DNA of 64,000 bases from Naegleria gruberi (taxonomy: Eukaryota), in NCBI GenBank assembly GCA_000004985.1, contig GG738875.1, one strand, 5' to 3'. Below the pieces are notes generated by a model. It was not told where the DNA came from, made no database searches, and saw nothing but the letters and a program-made list of their open reading frames with translations. Made by a program: the position numbers and the translations under genes. Below are positions 42,242-53,810 of this stretch, piece by piece (the first letter of the stretch is position 1; every line of letters begins with the position of its first letter).

Positions 42242-44540
42242 ATGATGATGGCAATATTCAATTCAAAAAGAAAGAATACATATCTGCTGCATCAAATAGG
42301 GCTTGTTGATGATATAAAGAAAATGAAATTATATTCTTTTCATCAAGGAAAGACCTTATTTACAACCTTCTTATTTATTGTACTACTTTTAATTGTGATG
42401 ATGATCAATTGGGTAGAGGCCATTACTTGTCCTAATGGTGTTGATAATATAAATATACAAACAAATTGGGTGATGCAGGCACAGTATGGTGCCTTTCAAG
42501 CAGCTGTTGAGATGGGATTTTATGATAATGAATGTTTGAATGTTGTTATCAAATTGGGTATGTTGTCATGTGTATTGTACTATTAACCTTGTTGTTACTG
42601 ATCTGGTGTTGGTATCTTCTCTTATAAAATAGGTGGACCTAATGCTGATCCAATAGCAGTAATTAAAAGTGGTGAAGCTCAATTGGGAGTTTTCCTATAT
42701 TCGAGAGTTTTGGTCAATAGAGAGCTGGGCTTAGATTTTGTAAATATTTTCCAACATTATTCGAGAGGTGGATTGACAATGGTTTCGAGGACAGAATCAG
42801 GGATTTCCTCTTTTCCACAGTTTAAGGGGAAGAATATTGGTTATTGGGTTGGTAATGATTACTCCTTATTAGCAACCATTAAGAAACATGGAATGGATCC
42901 AAAAACAGAAATGAGCTTGAGATTGCAATCTTTCTCAATTTTACCATTGTTGGAACAACCTGAAAGGTAGGTGTCTTTTAACTTGGATTTGTTGTTTTAT
43001 TAATGCTAAACTATTAAGATATGATGTTATTATGGCAATGGGATATGATCAATTGGGAAATCTTTTGATGACTGCAAAGAAAGATTCAAATGGAAAATCA
43101 ACTGAAGAATTGTATTCGATTGGAAGAGATTTAAATATCTTGGATTTCAATGCAGAACAGACTGCCATGTTGGAAGATTGTATTGTGATGAACAAGGCAT
43201 GGTATGACACTAATCCAATCAAAAATAAGGACATTCTAGTTCGTTTCTTGAAAGCCACTATTAAGGGATTGATTACATGTAGAGATTATGAAACAAAATG
43301 TTTCAATTTAATGCCAGATAAGAGTGCACATCAAGTTTGGTCAGTGAGAGAAGTCAACAAATTAATTTGGCCTGCCAATTTAAATGGAATTGGTTCATTG
43401 AATGTTTCTCGTATCAATCAAACAATTGATATTGCTTACAAATTTGGAGTTATTAAATCGTTAGCTCCAGCCAATGGATCCTACGATTCTCAATTTGTGG
43501 ACGAAGCTCTTAAGCACTTCAAAACAGGACTAGCCGATGGAACAGTCTTGAATACCTATTCTGATTTAGTAGCACCAAATTATGGTCCAACCTCACACGA
43601 ATTTTGCTATGATCTAACAACTGAAACAGTTTTTATTTGTAATGGAAAAGTTAACTATTCAAATGTTATCATCGCTGTCATTGTTTCAGTTTTAGGATGT
43701 GCCCTACTGGTTGCTGCAATTATTGGTGCCTGTGCATTCATTGTTTGGAGAAGGCACGTGGCAAGAAGGAACAGAATTCTCGTCTATGCACCAACAGAAA
43801 AGGATGAATCATTCCCAATTGTTTTCACTGATATTCAACAATCAACAAAATTATGGAATGCAGCTCCTGATGATATGAAAATTGCTCTCGAGCTTCACAA
43901 TCAACTACTAAGAAAATTGCTTGCAGAGTACGAGGGATATGAATGTAAATCACAAGGAGATGGATTGATGGTCGCATTCAGAGATCCAATCAATGCTTTG
44001 AAATGGATGTTGAGAAGTCAGGTGGAATTGATGAAATTAGATTGGCCAGAACATTTAATGGATCAAGAACATGCAAAATTCGAAGTTGACAATGTTGGTA
44101 AAATGATATTCAGAGGATTGAGAGTGAGAATGGGAGGTGGAATGTGTAAACCAGATGTCAAAAAAGATTCCATGGATAAAGTTGACTATTTCGGCAATGA
44201 TGTGAATCAAGCTGCAAGAGTTGGAAGTATTGCAGTGGGTGGCCAAATTGTCATTCACGAGAATTTATATCACGAAATCATGACAAGACTTTCTGAGCTA
44301 ATATTCAGAGGTGAAACCAAGTCACCTGTCGTTAACTTCCTTGGGCCATACTGTCTTAAAGGAATTGAAGGTGTGCATGTCTTGTATGATATTCTACCAG
44401 CTAGCATTCAAAACAGAAAGACATTATTCCCAACTGAATGTGATGAAGCTAAGGGAACATTGTGGAAACCAAGTGACTCGGATGGAAATACTCCACAACA
44501 ATTAGTCGATCAATTAGAAAGCAAACGATTTGAAAAATAA
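42242..44540 (+). CDS. receptor-type class III nucleotidyl cyclase B, tandem paralog of A; exons approximately 42242..42557, 42633..42966, 43019..44540
   Basis: Same three-exon structure as A: donor gtatgt after KLG, exon 2 GPNADP...QPER, donor gtaggt, exon 3 YDVIMAMGYDQLGN.... The N-terminal signal/anchor is MKLYSFHQGKTLFTTFLFIVLLLIVMMINWVEA. The TM is IIAVIVSVLGCALLVAAIIGACAFIVW. The cyclase domain is near-identical to A, and the C-terminal tail differs. Confidence 0.7.
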
Positions 44541-44675
44541 ACATTTTCCAAAATGCACCCAATTTTCATCATTATTTTCAAAGATCTTTTCTACTGCTTA
44601 ATCAAAATTGAATTTCACTCAAATTCTTAAAATAACATTGGAAAATCCAAATTGCTTTCAAAAAAACAAAAAAAA

Positions 44676-45761
44676 ATGTCCCAATTATCGATTAGAACTA
44701 CATCCTATCATTTGCCAAATCTAAATGATGATGAGCAATCATTTAAATTACAATTATTTTCAAGTGCAGAACAATTCTGGGATTACACCTCTTCCTATCT
44801 GATGGAATTTCCAGCAGAGAATAATCTCGTGTTGGGAATTATAAAATCTTGCATTGAAACTCCGAATCGATTTTCTTCCGATAAGAGGTTCTTGATGAGT
44901 ATTGAAGATTTGGAGGGAAATATTCAGATGGTAATTGTGTGGACTATTCCATTCTTGATTCTGACAAGTTATTCGAAAGAGATGGAGAAGAGAAGGGTAA
45001 TATTGAAGAGTTTGATTGGATTCTTTTTGAGAAATGATTACGAAACTTTGAGAATTGAAGGAGAATTTAAAGCAGTAGAAGAAATGATTTCGACTTATGG
45101 AAGGAAATGTAATGGAATTTTATCAGATGATGAAGAATCTGAATGGTTTATTCAAGAATATTGTAAAGAAAGAGAACTGCTTTATCCTAATCAAAAATTG
45201 AATGTTATTCGAAATATTGGAATGACAACCTATCGATTGAGTTTGCAAGATTTAACACCTCTTAAAAGAGATTATCAAGATTTAGAATTTCACATTCTAG
45301 ATTTACACGAAACTAATCGTGTAGAGGAATATCTTGATAGATTACAGGAATTTTACAAAACTGTCTTTCCAGAAAAGGAACAAAACAGTAGAGAATATAT
45401 CATGGAGTTTATTCTTAGTAGAACTGCTTCCCGCCAAAATGCTTACTATTGCATTCGAAAGGAAAATCCATCCAAAATGATTGCCATCAGTATGGCCAAT
45501 CCACTTCCTCAATCAGCCAGAGTTTCATGTGTAATGAGTATTCCAGACGAAAGAGGAAAGGGAATTGGAAGTTACATTGTGCATCAAATGGCCAAAGATT
45601 TACTTGTTGAAAAACCCAAATTGACTGGAGAGCCATGTCAATGTTTGTTCTTGTTTGCTGACTTGTCCAATCCATCGGCAATTCATTTGTATGAAGGAGC
45701 AGGATTTAAGGGTGTTAGAAATGTGTGCGAATTGGAAATTAAATATCAGGATGAGGAATAA
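44676..45761 (+). CDS. GNAT-family N-acetyltransferase-like protein
   Basis: The C-terminal region has the acetyl-CoA binding motif ...VMSIPDERGKGIGSYIVHQMAKDL... (Q/R-x-x-G-x-G/A) and ...LYEGAGFKGV. The ORF-track start 44652 is a TTG; the first ATG is at 44676 (MSQLSIRTT). Confidence 0.5.
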   Translation: MSQLSIRTTSYHLPNLNDDEQSFKLQLFSSAEQFWDYTSSYLMEFPAENNLVLGIIKSCIETPNRFSSDKRFLMSIEDLEGNIQMVIVWTIPFLILTSYSKEMEKRRVILKSLIGFFLRNDYETLRIEGEFKAVEEMISTYGRKCNGILSDDEESEWFIQEYCKERELLYPNQKLNVIRNIGMTTYRLSLQDLTPLKRDYQDLEFHILDLHETNRVEEYLDRLQEFYKTVFPEKEQNSREYIMEFILSRTASRQNAYYCIRKENPSKMIAISMANPLPQSARVSCVMSIPDERGKGIGSYIVHQMAKDLLVEKPKLTGEPCQCLFLFADLSNPSAIHLYEGAGFKGVRNVCELEIKYQDEE

Positions 45762-45762
45762 T

Positions 45763-46590
45763 TTATTCCTTATCTGTTATTCCTAAAATTAAATAAATTG
45801 GTTTTGAAACTGTTTGATTATTGGTTATTGTAAATTCACACAAGATTAATTTATCCCACATGGTCCTATTGAAGAAATGTTTCAAATCCTTGTTTGGTTG
45901 ATTTCTATTGATCCAACGAGTCCAATTTCCTTCTAGTTCTGTTTCCAAATCACTTTCCAATAAGGAATCCATCATGTACAAGTCAATCATGTGAGCTTGT
46001 TCTAATTTGACAAGAGAATCCTTATTTCCAACACGATTGACAATAAATTTCTTCATTGAGTCAATGCTCTCACGTGCCCAATCGAGAGCAAGTGAATTCT
46101 CAGCCCTTTCCACATATGCTCCACCAAATATTGACCATTCAGTTAGTACCTCTACAAATGCCTCTTCACTCATTGCTTTTCTATAGATTATTTGCTCGAT
46201 TTCTTCCTCCTCTTGTGGCTTCTTCAACAGACTCCTCTCTAAATGTTTCTCAATCATTGGATGTTTGTTAAATAAAAGAGATAACAATCCGAGTGGCAAT
46301 TCAACTCTTTCCTGTTCATTATCATATAGACAAATAAAGGCCTCTCCATTCGACTGCTCAATAGCATGATTAAAAAACCCTAGACAAGGTTTAATCAAAG
46401 ATGTTTCCAAATCAAATCCATCGACCTTTTCCTTGAATGTTAAATTAAAATTCCTTCTTTTAGTATTATTTAACAGTGATGATGAATATCGACTCATCAA
46501 GAAGGATGACGCCGATTTTAATTTCCTTCCGTATGATGGGAGAATTTGCTGTGATGATTTCCAACAGTATTGTGTGAACATTTTTTTCAA
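45763..46590 (-). CDS. hypothetical protein
   Basis: 275-aa ORF starting at ATG. No known motif. Confidence 0.35.
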   Translation of the reverse strand: MKKMFTQYCWKSSQQILPSYGRKLKSASSFLMSRYSSSLLNNTKRRNFNLTFKEKVDGFDLETSLIKPCLGFFNHAIEQSNGEAFICLYDNEQERVELPLGLLSLLFNKHPMIEKHLERSLLKKPQEEEEIEQIIYRKAMSEEAFVEVLTEWSIFGGAYVERAENSLALDWARESIDSMKKFIVNRVGNKDSLVKLEQAHMIDLYMMDSLLESDLETELEGNWTRWINRNQPNKDLKHFFNRTMWDKLILCEFTITNNQTVSKPIYLILGITDKE

Positions 46591-46642
46591 TTTTGAAAAT
46601 TAAAAATTGTTAAATATTATTTAAAATAATATTATTAATACA

Positions 46643-49600
46643 TTAATAGTTTACAGCAGGTTTTGTTCTAGGTTCGTAATCTAAGGAGAGCTTGTAAAGT
46701 TTGTCTTCGTCCATATTGTGAATATTCTTGAGTCTTTCTTGTAGCTCTGGAACATTTTGGAGGGAGTATGGAGTTTGTTGATAGGTTTGGATGTCTCTGA
46801 TGAGCATGGCAAGTTTTCTTCTCTTGATGAAATTAATCTTATCATTGAGAACGTTTGGATTACCATCTTCGATAAATGTCAAATCAGTGAGAAAGACTCC
46901 AATGTATGGTATACATGGTGGTTTAACATAGAGAATGGCATGTCTGATAGCTCTAAAGTTATTGTCACCACTAATGATGGCCAGTAATTCTTCATGATCT
47001 CTTCTACTTTCGCTCTTGAGTGCTTCCCATGTCTTTTTAAGTCTGTGAACTGCAGAATTTTGTAAACCACTGACAATTTCAAAAACAGCATTGAAATTAT
47101 TCAATTTTCTACACTCTTCAGCAATTTGAATCATCTTGGTGAGGATTGTCTTTCTTTCTTTAAGACTTGGTTCGCTCAAAATCTTGGTTGCAACCCATCT
47201 ACTGACACGATTGAACCAAGTAATCATTTGGAAGATGTTATAGGCCTTTTCCTCTCTTGACTCCTTATTCCATGATTGATTCAAACATTCCTTTGGTCTA
47301 ATTGATTTAAACATGTTATATTCAATGAGAGTTATTTGTCTAGCAATTTCAGCACTTGGCCATTCTAGAATATCAAACTTGGTCAAATCATCCTTTCCTG
47401 GTCTATATTTTTTAGGAAACTTGACAGCTGTCTCAATCTTTACGAAAACCTCGACATTGTTTGTGGTAAGAGATTGTTGTCTCTTAATAGAATTCAATAA
47501 TTGGGTAGCAAAGTGTTTTCCTTGAGTATTTTCCATAACGGTACTCAATTTTTTAACCTTTTCTAATAATTCGGCATCATTTTCAAAGTCATGATAGTGA
47601 TTTTCAAGCCAGAATTTGATTACTTGGGTAACTCTGAGTCTGACTTGTTGTAAAACTTCTTCTTGCCACTTGGCAAACTCATTCTTTGTAATGGTTTTTG
47701 GATTTGGTGGAGGGAGATTATATCTGGAAAAAAGTCTATCCATCAAGTCATGTGGACTTGTGAAAGATCGGTAAGTGAGCAAGAAGGCATACAAATAGGC
47801 ATTATCATAATTTTTGTAAAAAGTTACACGTTCAATGAGCTTGTCCAAGGTTGCACACTTGATTTCCATGGCTTGATCAGATTCTTCATCTGTAGATTCC
47901 ATCCACATGATATTTTCTGGTGAATCCTCTTCATATTTTTGATTGGTTTGAGTAAAGTCATAGTCGTAGTAGTCTTTTGGATCCTTTTCTTTTTGGCTTT
48001 CTTCCTTTGGAATTTGAGTGACACTCATGCTCATGGCATTTGATGCTGGTTTGGAAAATTGAGCTTGGAATTTAACAAAATTGAAAATAAAGAATTGGAA
48101 ATCCAAATCAAAGTGATGTTTCAAAATTTTTGATTCTTCTTCGGATGTTACAATAAAACGAATATCTAACAATGTAGATGAAAGACGATTCTCAATGCAA
48201 TGTTCAAATGTTGATCTGAAAAAACATCTGGCAGCTGCCACCCATTGACTCTTCAAAAGACCGTATTGTGGAACAATCTTTTGGCCATTATGAGCTAAAA
48301 ATGGTGCAAATGCAATAGATTGACATTCGAGAGTATCAACACATTCCAAAGCATTTCTTACAGCATTACTAAGGGAGTGATAAAATTTGGTTTTGGTCAA
48401 CTCGTTAGAATCCAAATTCACGCCATCCAAATCAGTGGAATTCTTTGATGGAATAACATGTAAAGATGAGCTGCCAGTAAAGAGATGGATCAAATGACAT
48501 TGTCCATTAGTACGATTTGGCATTGAGAAAGTACTGCAAAAGACTTCTCCCTCATTGAGTCCACGGGAGGCCTTTTCTTTTTGAATATATTCCTTACATT
48601 GTTGAATAATATCCTTGGAAAAGGTTTCAGTTGCATATTTGGCAGCACCATTAGCCTCTCCTTCACAACTCAATTTAGAGTCATTACCAACAACAAATCC
48701 TTGAACAAGCTCAGAAAACAAGTCATCCATTTGAATGAGTGATACTCTGGCACCTTTAGTTACTCTCTTTCCATTGGATGATGACTGTTGAGATTTGTTG
48801 AAAATTGGATTGACAGGATATTCAATGATCAGTTTGCCGTTTGTTGTCTTATCCTTTTCTCTGATTGATTGTACTGTTGTTGTTGCTGCTGTTGTGGAAG
48901 ATGAAGAAGAAACACTATCCACAGATAAATTTGATGATTTCTTCTCAATTGTATTTGTGAGGGATGAAGATGAATTGGTCTTGTTGAGAATTAGAGGAGA
49001 TTCCTTTCTGAATACTGATGGAAGTCTCTTCTTTCTTTCTCTTGCATTTACCAATAACTTGTCAACATCCAAATGATCATTAACAGTCGATGAATCATTC
49101 GAGGATAGATCATCATTTGAAGCAGTCAATCCAGGAAGTTTGAAACTTGATCCACTCGAAAGTGTTGTACTCGATTCAGAATCTGTATCTTCTTCAGTAT
49201 CACTGGAAACTAGTGTCTCTTCGTTTTTCTGTTAAGAGAGAATTTTTTAACACATTGTTATTAAAATTGAAATAGGATGTTTTTTTAACTAACCTTTGTT
49301 TTTCCTAATTGAGAAATGTTATGTTCCTGTATTTTCTCATACTTTTTCACAAGTGAATCAATTTTAGAATCGTGATGGGAAAGTTGTGTATTCTTTGGAT
49401 TTGATTTGACAAGTTTTTGAAGTTGTTGATTCTCTTGTTCTAACAACTGATTTTTGTATTCTAATTGTTGCTTCTCCTTTGTCACGATAAATAATTGTGT
49501 TTGTAAAATGTTAATTTTCTCGACCATTTCCTGAACTGACATTTGACTTCCAGATGTTATTGTTTTTAAATTGTTACTTGGTTTTGAAGTCAGAATTGAT

Positions 49601-49824
49601 TCTGCTGATCCTGATGCCGATGTAGCATTATTTGTTGTTGTCTTTGGTCCACTGATTTTAAAACTTTGTGAAGTTGTTGGTGTTTGATTATTACCTCCCG
49701 TTAATGTTTTAAAGAATGTTGATTTGAGTGAAGAAGATATGGAAGGAGAGGTTGATGATGATGTGGTTGGTATGGGAGAGTTGTTGGAGGACGAAGGAGA
49801 AGGCTGTGTTGGCCGAAATGACAT
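46643..49824 (-). CDS. Ras guanine-nucleotide exchange factor (RasGEF N-terminal plus Cdc25 catalytic domains); exons approximately complement(49294..49824) and complement(46643..49229)
   Basis: The ORF-track entry 49285..49824 (an S/T-rich region with a coiled coil) ends ...QLGKTK|gttagt. A 64-nt intron ends at ctcttaacag. Exon 2 continues in phase (KNEETLVSSDTEED...LTASNDD...) into the 46643..49129 ORF, whose tracked M is a TTG. The catalytic Cdc25 region includes PCIPYIGVFLTDLTFIEDGNPN and FNAVFEIVSGLQNSAVHRLKKTWEAL. Confidence 0.75.
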
Positions 49825-50172
49825 TTTTTGATGATTTTTAAAACTTGACAGGTGTTAATTAAATGACATAAAACGAGTGAGGATAGAGGGCTCAATAAAT
49901 CATAAGCTTTTCGACCGAATCATTTCAAGTAACTACAATGCCGCCAACTCTTTGATTGACTGGAACGTAGTTACGGTAAGCAATGATTCGTTAAACAAAA
50001 TCTTTAAAGAGTTTTACAAAGATCAAATGCAAAGGCAGGTTTAAAAAACTGTAATTGTCATCAAGGTTTGCCTCATCACAATTCCGACCAAATATCAACC
50101 CAAGTCAATTGTCATTCTACCATAAAACCTTTTCCGATCGTGATTGATTATTATTATTAAAATACAAAAAAA

Positions 50173-50667
50173 ATGTCTGATCTGTTTTCTTTAACAAAAT
50201 CATCCTCATTAATACAACCATCGTCATCGGGAAGGAAAATGTTCAAAGCCTCTCTGTTAGCCTTCATGATGATTGTTGCTCTTTTTTGTTTGATAATTTT
50301 TACCGCCAATTCTGTAAATTCACAAGAAGAAAAAAGTAGCACAACACCTTCTGCTGCTGGCAATGTAAAAAGTGGTATTGTTGTGGAGGAAATTGGTGAG
50401 AGTCCATTGTTGAAGGAGAAACCAGTCGGAACACCTAATGTTGCTTCTGTTGATGGAAAATCGACAGATATTCCAGTCTTGGGAGAGGATGAAGATGATG
50501 ATTTTGAGGATTATGATCCTGATGATTTTGCAGTTTTGGGTAATGAATGGTTGTTGAAGGAAATTAAGGAAATTGAGGAACAAATTCAAACAGTTTCATC
50601 AGATGATGAAGATGTGGGAGATGTTACTGCTAAATCACCTGAAGCTAATGCTACACAATCTATTTAA
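50173..50667 (+). CDS. small acidic protein with one hydrophobic segment
   Basis: 164 aa starting at ATG. It has a single TM/signal-anchor (ASLLAFMMIVALFCLIIFTA) and a D/E-rich tail. Confidence 0.35.
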   Translation: MSDLFSLTKSSSLIQPSSSGRKMFKASLLAFMMIVALFCLIIFTANSVNSQEEKSSTTPSAAGNVKSGIVVEEIGESPLLKEKPVGTPNVASVDGKSTDIPVLGEDEDDDFEDYDPDDFAVLGNEWLLKEIKEIEEQIQTVSSDDEDVGDVTAKSPEANATQSI

Positions 50668-51334
50668 TTGGAATTAATTGGTTCTATTGATAAATAATTA
50701 TTGTAAAAATGTAATACTAATTATTAAATTAAAATTTAAATTACAAATTTAATCTTTTTATGAGATGCTTCTTTTGATTCACAATACAAAAAGATGATAA
50801 AGATAATAGCATGACATCATCGTTCTCTCTTGTATTCATGAACATGTTGTAATTGAACATAAGAAGCCATTCCACTCTTCAATTTCGAATACAATCCTTC
50901 AACCAAAATATTTTTCACACATTAGCCATCTCTCAGCTACCCTTGCAGCAGGATATTCATTTAAAAATAGATATCTTTACCTGCTCGGAATGCAAGGAAA
51001 AAGTCTATTGTAATAAATTATTGCAAGTCATCACCCAAGCATAAATGAGCAGCTGAAGAAGGTTCTTGTGGTGTGAAAACACAACATTCGCGTTGAAGCG
51101 CCCAAAAATAAGTTGGAGAAAAAATCAACAAACAACGCTAGCGCAATTTCCTTCAAGCCACAAACAAGCAGCAAAGCTCGCATTTGACTCTCGTTTTTTT
51201 ATTGAACAAGTCATCATCATCATTTTGTGGTCATTGGCAAAGAATTTGAAGAAGATTGAAACCTCCTATAATCCATCATCATCTAAATCATCATCATTAA
51301 TTTCTCTCCCCTTTTTTAAAACTAAATAACAACA

Positions 51335-53494
51335 ATGAGCGAAAACTTTTGGGAACAACGTAAACTCGAAATTGAGCAAACTAGGCAAGCTGAACTCGAA
51401 AAGAAGGCTGCTGAACAAAAGGAAAAGAAGAAGAGTCAAGTAGTAGAAAAAACTGAAAAGAAGAAGGAAAAGCAACCAAAGAAGGTTGAACAACAAAAGG
51501 AACAAACCCAACAACAACCAAACGGTGCTGCTGCTGCTTCTGAACAAAAAGAAAAGAAAAAGAAGAACTTTAAAAAGAACAAGGAAGCCTCTCAACCATC
51601 AACTTCCCAACCAGCCACTACTGAAGCTTCTGCTCAAGATGATTTCCAAACTGTAGAAAGAAAGACTGGTGGAAGAAGACAATTCCGTGGTGCTAACAAG
51701 AGAAGTAACAATAAGAAGAAGGAAAATGGCGAAAAGAAGAAGGAAAATAAGGAAAATAAGGAACAACAACCAAAGAAGGAAGAAAAGACAACAACTGAAC
51801 AAGGACAACAACAAGTTGTTGTTCAACCTGTTCAAATTAAGGTCTTTTCTACCACTGAATCAACACCTGTTCAAGGTTCTGACTCTTGGGTTTCTCTCTT
51901 GAGAGGTAATCAACCAGAAAGTACCTCCACTACTCAACAACAACAACCAACTTCTAATGGTGCTGCTACTTCTACCAAGAAGAGTAAGCCAAAATCCGAA
52001 AAGAAGACTGTTGTTGCCAAGCCAGTTACTGCTGAAAAGACAACAACTGAAGCAAAGAACAAGCCACAAAAGAATTATGAATCCGGAAAGAACTTGTTGA
52101 GATCAACTGAAGTTGAAGTTGATCAAGCATTGTTGGACGAAGTTGGTGTTTTTATTCAACCAAGAGGAATGACCAATATTAACAATTCTTGTTATATGAA
52201 TGCTGTTTTGCAAACTTTGGTCTCCCTTCCACAATTCTATCATGTAATGAAGAGACTCGGAAAGATTTCTCTCGACAATGAAGAATATCCACTTACCAAC
52301 AAGTTTGTCCGTTTGGTTAACGAATATCAAACCATGAAGACTCACCGTCCACAAAGTGGAAAGGAAGGTGAAAAGAAAGATAGAAAATACTTTATCAATG
52401 CTTCTACTGAACATTTAGTTCCAAGTTATATTGTTGATTATATTCAACAATCATCAACCAACTTGGAAGATGCCTTCCTCTTGGGTACTCAACATGATGC
52501 TCACGAATTCTTGAATCACATCTTGCAAAGACTTCACGAAGAATTGAAGAAGACTGAAGCTACTTTGGGTAGAAAGTCTCCTTCTGCTTCAAAGAAGAAG
52601 AGCAATAAGAAGCAAGAAGCAACTTCTGAACAAGCAGAACAACCATCCACTGAAACTACCAGTGAAGAATGGAAGGAAGTTGGAAAGAAGAATAAGGCCA
52701 ATCCAATGCGTGAACATGAAATGGGTGATAGCAGTGTTATTGCTCGTACTTTCGCTGGTAAGATGAAGAGCTTTGTTCAAAAGCAAGGTGAAAGCAAGGG
52801 AAGTTCTGTTGTTGAACCATTCTTTAGCTTGCATTTGCCAATCAAGGATGAAAACATCAAGGGTGTTAAATTCGCCTTGAGAGAAATGACCAAGGAAGAA
52901 AATGTTAGTGATAAGAATGCCAAGTCTTCTATTTATCAACTTCCAAAGGTTCTCCTCTTACATTTGAGAAGATTCGACTTTTCTTCAACTGAAGGAGTTC
53001 AAAAGATTTCTAAGCGTATTAGATTTGATTATGAATTGAATATTGACGAAAAGGTTGTTCCAAACGTCAAGGCCATTTCTGGAAGACCAAGTTTGAAATA
53101 TAGACTTGCTAGTGTCATTTGTCATCATGGAAAGGATGCTACTAGTGGACATTATAGTACTTATATTCAACATGGATGCGGAAAGTGGATTCATATTGAT
53201 GATACTAAGGTAACTGTTGTTAGTTTGCAACATGTTCTAGATCAACAAGCTTACATTTTGACCTATGTTCAAGATGATAACCAAGAACACTATAAATTAT
53301 ACTCGGAAGGAAGCTCATCGTCTCCTTTGTTCAGTGAATCAAGTGAACAAAATGGTGAAAAGAAGAAGGACCACAAGAAGAAGGATAAGAAGGACAAGAA
53401 GGAAAAGAAATCTAAACCTGCCACAACTACTACCACTACTACTACTACCCCAACTACTACCGAGACAAAGACAGAAGCTAAGACCGATGTGTAG
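51335..53494 (+). CDS. ubiquitin carboxyl-terminal hydrolase (USP family deubiquitinase)
   Basis: A K/E/Q-rich N-terminal half is followed by the USP Cys box GMTNINNSCYMNAVLQTL and the His box GHYSTYIQHGCGKWIHIDDTKV. The C-terminus has a K-rich tail and a poly-Thr tract. Confidence 0.8.
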   Translation: MSENFWEQRKLEIEQTRQAELEKKAAEQKEKKKSQVVEKTEKKKEKQPKKVEQQKEQTQQQPNGAAAASEQKEKKKKNFKKNKEASQPSTSQPATTEASAQDDFQTVERKTGGRRQFRGANKRSNNKKKENGEKKKENKENKEQQPKKEEKTTTEQGQQQVVVQPVQIKVFSTTESTPVQGSDSWVSLLRGNQPESTSTTQQQQPTSNGAATSTKKSKPKSEKKTVVAKPVTAEKTTTEAKNKPQKNYESGKNLLRSTEVEVDQALLDEVGVFIQPRGMTNINNSCYMNAVLQTLVSLPQFYHVMKRLGKISLDNEEYPLTNKFVRLVNEYQTMKTHRPQSGKEGEKKDRKYFINASTEHLVPSYIVDYIQQSSTNLEDAFLLGTQHDAHEFLNHILQRLHEELKKTEATLGRKSPSASKKKSNKKQEATSEQAEQPSTETTSEEWKEVGKKNKANPMREHEMGDSSVIARTFAGKMKSFVQKQGESKGSSVVEPFFSLHLPIKDENIKGVKFALREMTKEENVSDKNAKSSIYQLPKVLLLHLRRFDFSSTEGVQKISKRIRFDYELNIDEKVVPNVKAISGRPSLKYRLASVICHHGKDATSGHYSTYIQHGCGKWIHIDDTKVTVVSLQHVLDQQAYILTYVQDDNQEHYKLYSEGSSSSPLFSESSEQNGEKKKDHKKKDKKDKKEKKSKPATTTTTTTTTPTTTETKTEAKTDV

Positions 53495-53680
53495 AGTTCT
53501 CATTTTGTACAAATACTACTATTATAATTCCCTACTTTATTTATAAAAACAATTTTGATTCTTTTTAAATGTATCTTATCACTACCAATAATATGATGTT
53601 ATCCAAAAAAAGATATTAGCATGTTGATAAAGGAAAGTTAGGGTCATTGTCCTTGTGTTTCAGATTTTATGATTATGAAT

Positions 53681-53798
53681 GGCTACGGCCATATCACGAT
53701 GAATGCACCTCATCCCGTCCGATTTGAGAAGTTAAGCATCGTCGAGCCACATCAGTACTGAGGTTGGAGACAACTTGGGAACCTGTGGTGCTGTAGTC
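53681..53798 (+). rRNA. 5S ribosomal RNA gene
   Basis: GGCTACGGCCATATCACGATGAATGCACCTCATCCCGTCCGATTTGAGAAGTTAAGCATCGTCGAGCCACATCAGTACTGAGGTTGGAGACAACTTGGGAACCTGTGGTGCTGTAGTC aligns along its length with eukaryotic 5S, including box A AAGTTAAGC and the loop E/box C region. The terminal helix pairs GGCTACGG with CTGTAGTC. Length is about 118 nt. Confidence 0.85.
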
Positions 53799-53810
53799 TT
53801 TTATCTTTTT
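53799..53810 (+). terminator. RNA polymerase III oligo-T terminator of the 5S gene
   Basis: TTTTATCTTTTT lies immediately 3' of the 5S 3' end. Confidence 0.6.
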
